A stretch of 63,905 nt of DNA, filler included, from Atractiella rhizophila (lineage: Eukaryota): NCBI GenBank assembly GCA_021432655.1. It is 3 parts of 3 records of this genome, joined end to end, with 100 filler letters (N's around TTAATTAATTAA, not from the genome) between each part and the next. Parts side by side here need not be neighbours in the genome. Positions count along the whole stretch, not along the records: positions 45,327 to 63,905 come from MU271859.1; 2 more parts are not named here. One strand, given 5' to 3'. The notes below the pieces were generated by a model. The model searched no databases. It saw only the letters and a list, made by a program, of their open reading frames with translations, and had not been told where the DNA came from. Below are positions 50,657 to 63,905 of this stretch, one piece after another. A program made the position numbers and the translations under genes. Positions within the stretch are counted from its first letter, which is position 1, and the number at the start of each line of letters is the position of its first letter.

Positions 50657-51715
50657 GTTGGTTTTTTTTCACGTCAGGTCTTGTTTAGGGCTTTAAGGAG
50701 AGCTTCGTGCACCTTCAGACAAGACTGTGAGGAAGAGGCGAGGAGGCAGAAGTGGGACAGCGTCGAGCTGCTGATCATTGCGTCTCCCTTTATGCACAGT
50801 TTGGTTGGGTTGGACTTCCGTACCGAGTTCGCCAAGGATAGATAGAGTGCTTAGGGTGAAGTTTGGAACTTGATTCAATATTGTTGGCAAGAGTTCTTGC
50901 TAGCTGAAGAAGTCCTTCCTCCGGGCTCGAGTGCGGGGATTCCAGCACGAATGCAACAAGGAAATGAATTGTGATCGAAATTTGTTGGGTCACACAACTC
51001 ATGCCAAGTTTATCCCCGTAGCACCCAAGCAAGAAGGAACACATTGCGACCCATAGAAACATGATAACAAACTCTCTCCGAGAAGGAGATTGAGAAGGGG
51101 ATTAGGAGCTTCCGGCTAACACTGAAGATGAATGTGTCCGTCCATCACTGCCCTGACCGTTTCATCCTTCCGTCGTAGCACCTGCTCTCTTGGGCGTTCA
51201 ACAGCAGTGGTCGGATGAATGTTCCGAGTGGAAGGGGCAAATTGAGGAAATTGTGAAGGTCTCAGTAATCATTTGCGTAGCCAGGCTCGGAGAGGACCAC
51301 GAAGTTCCGTCAATCCCTGATGATTCAGGAGAATTGTGCCGCGGATTCTATGGAACTTCGAACAGGCTAGGAATGACCAATGTGTTGGTCAAAAGGGCCA
51401 GGACGGGGCAACAGGTCCAATTTTGGCCAAGACTTTGGAGGACTACAAGTACATTTCTCAAAATAAATCTCGCAAGATGTTGAAACTAGATTGTCACAAC
51501 GCCGTCTGCGCGAGACTGTATATCGCACAAAAAAAAAGGAAAGAGGTTATCAAAGTGCTGCAAGGAAACGATCATATCCTACCACTCGTGCAGGGGTGCG
51601 TGGGACATCTAGGGGTCTGATTCACGATAGCACCACTCTATTCTAATGGGAAAGAAAGGAAATAAAGAATCACAACGAGCTTCTCACGTAATAAAAATAC
51701 AGCCATTGCATCTTT

Positions 51716-53127
51716 CTACGCCGCGACCCCATTTGCGTGTCCATTGCCATTTGCAAGAGGCTTCGACAACTCCTTCACATTCAACTTGCTCGCTCCCTCC
51801 TTCAATCCTTCCAGCGCCAAAATCTCTTCCAGTCTACCAATCAGAGCCTTCTTGTCTCCCTTGTATGGCCGAAGGGGACGACGAGGAGCACCTCCATAAC
51901 CTGAAACCTCCTCCAACAACCACTTGTTCCCACTGATACCCGTCTTGGCAGTAATTCCATCGGCGAGAGAGACGACTTCTTGGAGCTTTTGAGCCTCCGC
52001 GAGCGCCTCAGGAGAGTAGGAGGAGACGACTTTCTCCACCGCCTTGTTCAGACGCACGACAGTTTTCTACGACGCAAGATTTGAACTCAGTCAGCCAGTC
52101 CTTGTTCTCGTAAGTGCTGAGCGAGATGAAGAAACACAAACAGGGAAGACGTTGGCCAGTCCAGTAATGCAGCCGCCAGCTTTGACGAAAGCGGACGGGA
52201 GGAGGAAATCGGCGAAGCCTCCGAGGACGACGAAGTTGCCTCGTTTGAGGTTTGTCAGACGAGAGAGCTTGCCAACGCTTCCGCAACTATTCATGCCACC
52301 CACATCAAAGCCATCAGTATTTATCAAGTGAGGGAGAAAACATGAAGGAGCTCACGTAAGCTTGACGCCAACAACGTTCGGTGCCAGGTTGGCGATCTCC
52401 TCAATCAGGTCAGAATCCAAATCAATTCCGGCGCTCGCTCCAGGATCTGGCAAAACGTTCAGCAGACGTACTCCCTTCGACCGACGGAGAGATTCTTACA
52501 ATTGTAGAGAACGACCTAATGGCTGCCATCAGCTAGGAAGTGGGGGAGAAAGGAGTTACGTACAGGGGAAGGAGATGCAGCAGCGACGTCCACAAAGTGA
52601 TCACGAAGGGACTCTCTGTCTAGTGCTCCAGCATAATAACCGCCTGTGATGACCATAACGTGGGTCGCACCGAGCTCATGTGCCTCTTTGCAAAGTTGTA
52701 TCGTCTCTGCGGAGCGAAGAAGCGAAGAATCATCAAAATCGGACCTTCGTCGCGTCCATCAAATCTTCACTCACCTAAGGTAGATCCAGCACCAGTTCCA
52801 GCGATGAGAGGCACATCGAGCTTTTCTCGATCCAACGCTTCTCTGACGGCTCGGAGGACGTCGTTTCTCTCCTGGTGAGTGAGGTGGGACGCTAGAAATC
52901 TCCATCGGTCAGCATGCTTTGGAGAAGAGATAACTCCACACGGACGCACCTTCTCCCATGCTTCCTCCAACAACCAACCCCAACCCTTCCTTTGCCATTC
53001 TGATGGCATGATAAACAGTGGTGGCGACATCGACCTCCTCTGTGCCAGGCTCGAAGAAAGTCATGAGGGGGACATAGACCCCCGAAGGGAGTGTGGTTGG
53101 GACGTAGACGGTGTTGTTTTGAACCAT
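51716..53127 (-). CDS. DHDPS/NAL-family aldolase, LGA1/GaaC-like (2-keto-3-deoxy sugar-acid aldolase)
   Basis: GVYVPLMTFFEPGTEEVDV, LVVGGSMGEA.HLT..ER, PLIAGTG, PNVVGVKLTCGSVGKLSRL, GGFADFLLP, GCITGLANVFP. Confidence 0.85.
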
Positions 53128-53401
53128 GGCTGGGGGCGTGCAAGCTACTTCTGGGATGGAGCTGTCGAATGGGGAAATAGGCTGGGGAGAGTGATCATCT
53201 TTATACCAGATCTCAGACGGCGGATCGTGGGGGCCGGCAAGTGCGGAGTACGGTCCGCCACGTACAGTGCTACAAAAGGCACGCAAAGCAGCATGAGAGC
53301 AACGATTCAACACTGAAAATTACCCCAAATCATCCACCAGGATCAGAGTCTAGCTTCGTCGTCTTGTTGGTCAGGAAAGTAAACAGGAAAAGTTAAACAG
53401 G

Positions 53402-55507
53402 ATGTCAATTACAGGATTCAAAGTCGAGGATTTGCGATTCCCGACATCCTTGAGCGGGGATGTAAGTGGGCAAATACCTCCTTAGCGCAAGGCGCGGAAC
53501 TGATGGAGGGAAATGAAGGGAACAGACGCGATGAACCGCGATTGCGATTATTCGGCGGCGTATGGTGTGTTTTGTCCTTCGAATAGACATCCCACGCCCA
53601 CAAAGCGCGTGGGAACATGCCGAAAATCGTGTTAATTGCATTGACTCAAATTGGGCCCAATATTCGCCAGCATGCTCGTCGCATCAATGCGTCGCCTTGT
53701 CCCTTAGAGCGTGGACTGTCTGACATGTGGTTCCCCTGGCACAGTGACCTTGAACACGGACAAAAATGTTGCTGGGTATGCCTCTATCCCGTGTTTGGAA
53801 AGAGTTGACGATGATCGGAGATCAGCTCTGGCATGACTTTCACCATCGGTCGCGGGAACGACATCGTCTGCATGGCCGTCACTCAGGTTGCTGAGAAACT
53901 CGTCGGGAGATCCCTTCCTTCTCTCCTTGACAATATGGGAGCAAGTTGGGACTACCTCCTCTCCGATCCACAATTTCGTTGGATTGGCCCTGAGAAAGGA
54001 GTGATCCACATCGCCATCGCCGCCGTTGTCAACGCGTTATGGGACCTAAAGGCCAAGTTGGCCAGAAAGCCTCTCTGGAGGCTTATAGTTGATATGACGC
54101 CAGAGGAGTTCGTCCAAAGCACTTCGTTCAGGTAAGCACACTTGGACGACAAGAAAAATCGTAATGTATGAGGTTTCAGGTACATATCGGACGCAATCAC
54201 AAAAGAGGAGGCACTTACTCTTTTGAAAGAAAAGGAAAAAACGAAGCAGGAAAGAATTGATTTGGTGACCAAAATTGGCTATCCTGCATATACTACCTCC
54301 GTTGGTTGGATAGGTGCGCAGTTCACTAGGGTCTTCACCAAGCTGAACGAAAACCCAGGCTACAGTGATGAAAAGGTCATTCGCTTGACGAAAGAAGCGA
54401 TTGCTCAAGGATTCAACCATTTCAAAGTCCATTCTCATTACCTGCGCCGAGGTGTTTGCTGACTGGCCCGCAGGTAAAAGTTGGGATCAGCGTAGAAAAC
54501 GATCTTCAGCGTCTACGACTCGTTCGTTCAGTCATAGACGATCCAGCTAACTTTGCCAACCGGGAGAAACCCGATCCAGCAACGATTGAAGGCAAAAATG
54601 CCGGTCCAACCGGCGCGGTTCTCATGGTAGATGCAAATCAAGGTGTGTGATCGCTTCTAAAGTGGGGGTTCTGGATGCTTACCAGCTGCTGACCTGCCTA
54701 CCAGTTTGGGACGTCCCACAAGCGATTGAATGGATGAAGCAGCTCGAAGAAATTAAACCCTGGTTTATTGAAGAGCCAACGGCCCGTTAGTCGACCTTCC
54801 CTTGCTCCTCTTATTACTGCGTCATTGACTCTTTTGCACAGCCGATGACATTTTGGGTCACGCGCGCATCAGAAAGGAACTAAAACCATATGGAATTGGT
54901 GTTGCGACGGGGGAGCACGCTCATAATAGGTAAATAATAGCCGTTTCCGAGCAAGGAGGGATGGGAAGACGTTGACACTTTATTCTACTCAGGATGGTCT
55001 TCAAACAACTTCTGCAGGCAGACGCTATCGATGTCGTTCAAATCGATTCTTGCAGAGTTGCTGGAGTGAACGAAATTCTCGCTATTCTCCTCATGGCCGC
55101 GAAGTTCGGTAAAATCGTCAACCCTCATGCTGGTGGAGTCGGTCTATGTGAATACGTCATTCACTGTACGCTTCTCTTCTCTTCAGCGATAGACGAACTC
55201 ATTCGGTTGCAGTATCACTCATCGATTACATTTGCGTCTCAGGATCCATGACAAGGAACGTACTCGAGTACGTGCTCGTTTTGCTCCGTTAGAATGTCAT
55301 TGACTCTTCGCCAGATACGTTGATCATCTTCACGAACATTTCCCAAACAAATGTACCATCAATCCGCAAGGACGCTACAACGTTCCGCAGAACCCAGATG
55401 AGGGATATTCGATCGACATTTATGAAGAAAGCAAAGCAACTTATCGCTTCCCCGATGGGAAGTACTGGAGTTCAGAAGAAGCTAAGAAAGCGCATGGGTT
55501 GAAGTGA
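53402..55507 (+). CDS. Enolase-superfamily L-galactonate/L-fuconate dehydratase (LGD1/GaaB/ENOSF1-like)
   Basis: [81 protein letters not shown]. Confidence 0.9.
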
Positions 55508-55553
55508 GGGTATTTGGGAATTGTGTATTTGTATCCATTATCTCAGTACTCAC

Positions 55554-56839
55554 TCAAGTGTCAAAATTTTCGTGGTTGTCACAATCTGGAAGAAACCCAA
55601 AATCCCTCGACAAGATCTCCCAAATTGCCCCTTCCGTCATGGGTACCTTCTGCACATTCTCAAAACCCCCAGAGGATCCATGCCTTGAGTAATACTCTCC
55701 AGCTTCAGGGTCCCTGTTAGAATCAAATACTAAGCTCCATCTAGTACCGGAGGGCAAGAGCCGTGAGATGCTCATGAAATGCGAAAAGTAAGCGGAGGAG
55801 CAATGACTCGTGAAGCTAGAATAGTGATCAGGCCAAGTTGAACGACGAGCACATGTGCTCACTAGTTAACGATTTCCCAATCAAATTGGGTGCAGGGCAA
55901 GTTCACAAAGTGATAAAGAGGACTGTTGTATCGTTCCTTCTTCTCCAAGAACCCTTTCTCGAACGTTCTGTATAGGGTCCAGCTAATCCCGCTATCTTCG
56001 AAGGGAAGGAACTGCTTGTCAGCACCTGGGAGAGGCTCTTTGAGCAGAAAGAACGATTCATCGTCCGTAATTGATTCTGAAGGTATGCCATGCGTCAAGA
56101 GTATACTGCATGACAATCAGCCCCTTTAGCTTTAATAATGAAAGGGATGCACGAACGGATAGGGCGATCCACCACCACCAAATCCCACATCACATAGCCA
56201 CTCCCCTTCTTCACCAGGGACGGAGACGATTAAAACCTGATGATTATTTATACCGCCCCAATCGTAGCCTACTTCCTTAGGCTCCTTGTTTCTCAGCATA
56301 TAAACGCGAGCTGGAACCTAATCCTTCACCATTAGCATGTGTTGTCACCCTTCTTGATGCAAAGGAGACGGGCTTGGGCAACTTTAAAACCGATGGAGCG
56401 AAGGACTGCCGCAAACTGTATGCTTTGTAAGTAGAGGGTCAGTTGAGAGAGGAACACATGCCAATCCATTGTTGGCAAAGCAATACCTGAGAGTCATCGG
56501 TCATTATCTATTCTCGTAACGGGTGAGAAGTGAGCACCCTCCCCTCCTAAGCTCTACGATTTGTCGATAACAATCCTGAACATCAATGTTTACACCGTCA
56601 CCCCCACCCCAGGTAAATGGTTTCTCGGAATGTTGAGGATCGCAGCCAATTGTCTTTTTCAGATGCATGCGAGATGTATCAAATGGTATGTTCGTTAAAG
56701 TTGCAAACTGGAGTGCCCGAAGATACTTCGAAGAAGGCTCTTCTGGAGTGCTCGAGAGGGACACTCGGGTCAGATAGGAGTTCACTTGCTCGGGTGTGAG
56801 GAGAGCGTAAGAGGTCCAAGAGGCTGATGGCGTCGTCAT
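55554..56839 (-). CDS. Arylamine N-acetyltransferase family protein
   Basis: YLTRV..LRALQ..LTNIPFD, IVELRRGG+YCFANNG, FAAVLRSIGFKV, DVG.GGG. Confidence 0.8.
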
Positions 56840-57482
56840 CTTTGATGTCTACTATCTGGAGGCGGCAATAAGCACGTCACGCTCAAGCATAACATCTTTT
56901 ATCGGAGCCAATAGTCTGAGGCTAAAATTGATCAAGAAGTACTAGTACTACCCAGTTAATAAAGGCAGCTACTAGTAGTGCTTCCATACGCTCTTACTCC
57001 CGAGCGCGTAACCATGATGGAAAGGTAATACGGCAAAACAGGCGAAAAATATATCTAATATCACACACCTTTCTATCTCCTACGTTGTCAAAGAAATCTG
57101 AACTCGAGTACAGAAGCTTGATCTATACTGTAGCTTCTGGTTAGGAGATATTTTACTTGAAGTCATGGTGACTGATCTTTGTCAGTGACTCGACCCTCTC
57201 GCTTTCGTATTGTATAATATAATCAGATACAGTGGTGCTACCCGCAGGTCAGGCAGCCCTGTAATATGGAATGGCCGTTTGTGTGGGCGCTTGTGGAGAC
57301 GTCCATAGTTATCGACTTTCATGCTTCCGGTCATTAATCCCACTCAGAAAGCCTGTTGACTTAGTCGATTATCGTGTAATAATATCGAAGACATTCGAGA
57401 TTTGCTAATATTCGAGATATACATTGTTACCATTCTTTTACATCTTACTCGTAGTGGCTCACTTTGTTCAACATATAGGAAC

Positions 57483-58399
57483 TTACGTGCCTCCCAGCCT
57501 ACTTCCCACCCCTTCCATACCCTGCACCTTCGTATGGTCTGCCGGGTTGGCCTTCAGCTCATAAACTGTAATCATAGGTTGTTCCTTCGAAATAATCGAA
57601 TCAACAAGAAATAAGGATCGCGGAATGTGACCAACCTTAAATTCTGAGAACTCGCCTTTGAAACCGATGTAGTAGACGCGTGTGGAATCCTCTCCATGGT
57701 TTGATGGAAAGAACAGCGAGAGATTCTTCACCGTTGGAAATTTTGCCACTCTGTGAGTTTTATCAGAAGCGTCAGCGCGAGTTAAAATTCAGAGACGGAA
57801 GAAGTAAGGAGAATGGGGACCTTAATGGATATTCTACCGCTTCTCGCGAGATTGGAATGTCGATTTCTTGGGTTCCAACAGAAGATTCAGCTTCATTGAA
57901 ATCAAGCGTTCGGTTCGAAAACTTGGTCGTGATTTCAATAAAATGTCTCTATTGTTGAGAAAGACGCACAATTTTGAGCTTGTTTGCCGTGTTTCCTGAC
58001 AAAATGTCAAAGGTCATAAATGTATCAGAACGAAGGAGGGATACACACCGGAAGGTCCAGATTTAACTATTATTGAGCGCAGCTTCACATTACCCGTGAA
58101 AGGGACCTGAATAATGAGCTGCTCGTCCGCGTCGCTTTCTACAAACTGCCCATCCAGACCAGAGGAAAATCAACAACATTGTTTTCTTGTCTAAGCTCTG
58201 CAACATGACGAACCTTGCTCTCATCTAATCGTTCATCCCAAGGCTTGAACACATTTGTGGCCTTGTTTTCAATGGCATTCAAGAACTGCACGTTCTCGAT
58301 ATCAATCTTGCTAAACAGCAAATCCTGTGTCCCTTCCCCTGCGACAAGGTGTGAGTCGTCATGTTCGTGGCCGCAGTGCGTGTCGTGGACATGTGGCAT
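57483..58399 (-). CDS. PITH domain-containing protein
   Basis: LFSKIDIENVQFLN, VFKPWDERLD, ESDADEQLIIQVPFTGNVKLRSI, KFPTVKNLSLFFPSNHGEDSTRVYYIGFKGEF, YELKANPADH. Confidence 0.9.
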
Positions 58400-58641
58400 C
58401 CTGTTCACTGGCCAGAAATTTCAGAAGGTCTCCAATTCGCGTAAAAGTCAGGTATAAGTCAAAGGATTGAAAAAGGGTGGAACAAGCGGTCCTGTCCGAT
58501 CATCCAAAACAGGGAGTTGGCCGGAGATAAACGGAGAATGTCTCGACATAATTTCGTTGTTCCATTTCCATTTCAGGACAGGTGCAGGCAGAAGAGATAT
58601 TAGATATTTCGGCCTGATTTCTTTGCCACAAAGCAACGACA

Positions 58642-61600
58642 ATGCAGCGCACGAACTTGTTACTGATACTTTCTTTGGCGATATTGATCATCCTGGTATT
58701 TGCGCCAACCGCAAATGCTTTTGGTGAGTTCAATCTTGAAAACCGTTAGTCTAGTCAGGACGTTTTGGTGATGTTTGATATGGAACAGGTGCTGGCAATA
58801 TTCCTAGTTTCGCCTATCTCGAAGGTATGCATTGCACAATGTCTAGAGATGAGTGATACATTTGTGGCACCAGGCAAGGCGTTCAGGCATGGAGATATCG
58901 AAGGTTTGTGTTCACTTTTTGGAAGATCTCTCGCTGATCAACAATATCATCTTGATAGATATACTAGAAGGAATCAAGAAAGGTGGTGGATTGTTGGGGA
59001 GAGGAAAGTTTGGAGGATTGGGTACGTTTCCCTTTTTTTCACCAATTTTGATGAATTTTGATCGATGTGGCAATAGATGTGAAACGAGTATACTTTGGCA
59101 ACTGGTACAGTTTTCTACTGTTCTATCTGGGTTATCGAAAAGTCTGAAAGACTTAGCTGACAATGTGTGATGTAAAGGCTTAGAGATTACAGTCAAGCGA
59201 TGGACGTTGCTGGCCTCACTAAGCTATCTAAACAAACGATCATCAACTTATGCATGGTGCTCGGCTTTCTGGCTCACGGATATGTAGGTTTCTGAAATTT
59301 CCCAGAAGAGTAAATGTGACAATCATCAGGCAACTGGAGAATTCGAGGTCACAGAAGAACGACTTGGCGTTTATCTGCCTGTCGAGCATGTAAGCTGTTT
59401 TTTCGGCAGCTAATAGATTGCGACTTTCTTACAACATTCGCGACTGGTTGACAGATCGACAATCCCAAGGATTACAACTCGAACAAAGATGCACGTACGG
59501 TTCATCCGCAGCTGAGACCACCTGTGGAACCTCGCGAACTTGAGGTGTGTCTCACCGCCTTCTCTTCTTTCCAAGCGCTCATCGATAAATTCTCAGATCG
59601 ACCCTCGAACGGGAATGAAGGTTTATCCATGTTCTACGCCCCATCAGACTTGTGTATGTTGACAACAGTTTAGAATTACATTGCGAACGAAACCGGCGGT
59701 TGGGATACCTCCTCTGCACTCATTCGCCGAGTCCTTGAAAAGTGCATTGAAACTGGAAGGAGGTATAGGGCATCGAAAAATATTGCAGATGAATACGAGA
59801 GTTATCGGCTGTTGGGTACCGCATTGCATACTTTGGAGGATCTGGCAGCTCACTCGTACGTTACTGTCAACGTTGCAGAGATCTGCTGAAATGTGACACA
59901 GTAATTGGTGCGAGATTTCACTTGTACGCTTGGGCTATCGGAAGGTGTTTTGCCATGTTGGAGATGCTGGTACGTAGCCCCCTTCCACATTTTGCATGGC
60001 ATTAAAGAAGTTCCATTGACGGCACATTGCAAGTGATCATTCAAACGCCAAACGGTCCCGCTCCCCCTCTCGTCACGGGCACATTTGGGAGCGACGATTT
60101 TATCCATTCCCTCCTTGGAGAAGCAGGTGACAAGTTGAGCGAGGCGTCAGTCAGCGACTTGAATAAGGCTATCGACAATGTACGGCCATCCTCCCCCTCT
60201 TGGCGGAGCACAGTTTGACGATGGGTTATGGATAGGCCCACAACACTACAGATAGAGGAGGCGGAGGAGATACCCTGAGGAACCTCATATTCTCTTTACC
60301 TGGGGGAATTGGAAACGATCCGGAGCTCAGTAGGGGAATGGCAGAATGTGAAGGTGCGCCGTTCAATTCTTTCCCTGTAGTTGCCATAGGAATAGCTCAC
60401 TACTTCCATAGGTATAAGATCGAGAGCGGCGAATATAGATCCGTCCCAAATGAGCCCTCAGGACTTGCATGCTACACTTTGGAAGGTCCTGACGTTTCGT
60501 GACAACGTAAGTATTCTCTGGGTTAGAGTTCCTGAGAGTTGCTGATGACACCTGGTAAGGTCGTGAAATCAATCGAGAATACCATCGAGAAGATTCCGGG
60601 CTTGAGTACTTTGGTTGGGAAGATCACAGACTCTATAAACAAGTGTACGCGTCCCCACCTTACCACGTTAAGGAATACAGGACTTGAGAACTGAAAGATG
60701 CACGTTCTACCAGTCGTCTTTGTAACGCTGGAACCTTACCTCAAGGTAGGCTTCTCAAAAATACACTGAACGTGTTGTAATGCGTTCTGTTGTCTTAGCC
60801 TCTCCTTTCTTCTGCTACCGGAGCGCTCCAAACAGGGTCAGCGGAGATCCTCAACAACTCAGACCAGGTCCATCACACTTGCTGCCCATTAGGATATACT
60901 AATCAACTTTTAATGATTTTAGTTTCAAGTCTTCGATAACCCTCAAGCTAGTGATCCAACTCATTCGTTTTTGTCGAAAGATCACTTCAACTTGATTCTG
61001 AACGAGGTGTGTCCTGTCGTTCAGCTTTTGGGCTAGGATTGATCCGTTCCGTAGCCTGCTGGAAACCTCGCAAAGATCATCGTGAACCATACGGTGAACT
61101 TAGTGGTAAAGGTATATCGCTTGTTTTCTGTTGATTAATCGCAGGCCTGAAAGCCCTTGAAGGCATGGGAAAAGTCAGATGTAAACGTTCGCCAGACTAT
61201 CGATACCATCCTGGAGGCGCTCCACCACCCCTACTTTCTGAACGAGCGATCAGCAGTGCAAAAGGAAATGGGTGCGTTTTCGTCCCTCCCTCCTCCCCTG
61301 TGTTCCAGAGCTGAAGAGATTGCTCCAGGCACTTATATGAAACAATGGATCGAAGGCATGTCTCCAGCAGACAAGGAATTTATCTTGAAAGGACTCGAGC
61401 GGGTATACTTTCTTCTGCTCGACCATCCAGAGCTTGTTAACCGATACTATCTGATTTGTGCATAGGATTCGGTGCGAGCAGGGAAGAACAAACGAAAGGG
61501 TTCCAAGGAGGAACAAGTCGGCCATGGCCAGAACGGGCAATACCAATCTTTCCTACCGCCTCCTTCCGAACTGTTAGGGAAGATAGGCCAACAAGCGAAT

Positions 61601-62119
61601 GCCAGCATCCCTGGTTTTTCTCAAGCTACTTCGTACTTCCAGTCAACCCAAGGAGTTGGACGCGACATGCCTTCTCCATCCTATGCTCCTCCGCCTGGCC
61701 CACCAAGGGACTTCAACACCCGAGAATTCGCGCCTCCTCCTGGACCACCCAGTGGATATTCTTCGCCTCCCATTCGTCCCCCATCTCCTTCGAGATACGG
61801 CGGATCGCCTACTTCTTATGGACCGCCTCAGCCGCAGCATCATCAGCATGGGCACCACGAACATCACGAACGCAGGGACTATAGGGGGGAGTCGCTCAGC
61901 TACTACGATACGAATACGAATACAAGTTATGCTCCCCCTGGAATGCCACCACCGGGGGCACCTCCGTCTGCCATGCCTGATGCCTCTTCCTACGGTGGAT
62001 ATGGAGCGCCTCCTTCTGGCCCTCCTGCTCCCGGTGGATTCCCGGATGCTCAGAACTATGGCGGGTATAATCCTCAGTACTATGGTGGAGGACAACAAGG
62101 AGGAAAGCCTTGGTATTGA
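58642..62119 (+). CDS. Het-C domain protein with signal peptide and Pro/Gly/Tyr-rich tail
   Basis: Signal peptide then FGAGNIPSFAYLEGKAFRHGDIE, YFGNWLRDYSQAMD, ATGEFEVTEERLGVYLP.EHIDNPK, LHTLEDL, PLVTGTFG, DPTHSFLSKDHF. Confidence 0.88.
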
Positions 62120-62849
62120 GAATTGAGACAATGAACGATTGGAAATCTTTACGAGCAGAATGTTGTAAGGCTTTGAAACAATGTTGATCGAAACAAAGTG
62201 TAATTAGGCTCTCTTTTATAGACATTTGGTTATCAATTAACTATCTCTCAATTAACTATCTCTCCATATTATTTCCTTGTGCATAAGTCGCTAGTGTACT
62301 GTGAAACAGTGGACGGTTCAGCATCACGTGAAGATTTTCTGACGCGCATTTCGTTACTGAAACCCAAAAAACGACGTTAATGTTGGTGGGACATATCATT
62401 TTCTTATCCTGTGGTCAACTTGACATGGCTCATGCACCCGCGTCGCTGGAATGCATGCTCCAGTGGCGAATTTAGGGAAGCTTTTCGCGACGCGTAAAAC
62501 TCCAACAGCTTGTTTTGGTATGATCTCATTTGGAGAGCGGGACATGGGAAAGGGGGAAGCTTTCTCAGGACCCTATAAAACCACCAAGTCTTGGCTTCTC
62601 GCCACCATTCTGCTCGTCTTTCTGATATCTCTGTTGGTGCTTGGTGCTCCTCCGTTGCTTCGTTTTCTGCTCAATCTGCCCGTCAAGTCTGAAGGACTGG
62701 GCGATCGAGCGATAGAGCATATCAACATCTTCCTTCTTCGCTCTTTTGAGATCACACTACTTTACTTCGTATCATAATCACATAACATATCATTTTCTCG
62801 AGACTCCGCACAGCAACAACACGACCCTCTTCTCCTCAAGTCGAACAAG

Positions 62850-63905
<1,056 letters not shown>

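Noticed and set aside
53128..53401. Aspergillus-type galacturonate response element CCNCCAA in the divergent promoter
   Set aside because: No exact match seen on either strand; only near-matches and a short TAAACAGGA direct repeat
61599..62225. Long overlapping alternative-frame and antisense ORFs over the Het-C tail and other genes
   Set aside because: Shadow ORFs expected from low-complexity or GC-rich coding sequence; no recognisable motifs

Overview
Intron-rich fungal genomic DNA, most likely a basidiomycete (short ~45-60 nt introns, Rrm4-like and Het-C genes). Two blocks of conserved genes flank a transposon-derived island at ~22.6-36.5 kb. The left block holds ATP14, SLY1, eIF3h, ATG3, Nup170/155, BTN1 and the ZPR1 3' end. 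The right block holds an Atf1-like bZIP, NDUFB9, OST2/DAD1, NOP56, an Ivy1-like gene, DHFR, an Rrm4-like gene, an MFS transporter, a sugar-acid aldolase/dehydratase pair, NAT, PITH, Het-C and a Gin4-like kinase. The island contains Ty1/copia elements with two LTR types, a solo LTR with a 5-bp TSD and a non-autonomous hAT element with an 8-bp TSD. The most striking signal is at 23657-27805, which reads as copia RT/RNaseH/LTR sequence only when complemented WITHOUT reversal. It is invisible to six-frame translation and is almost certainly a gap-filling artefact; reversing it appears to complete the adjacent copia element. Candidate biology: (1) a divergent L-galactonate dehydratase/aldolase pair next to an anion MFS transporter, (2) a 55-nt intron-like cassette present in 0, 1 or 2 copies in the LTRs, and (3) an intronless 812-aa orphan gene. 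Gene boundaries of multi-exon genes were inferred by eye.
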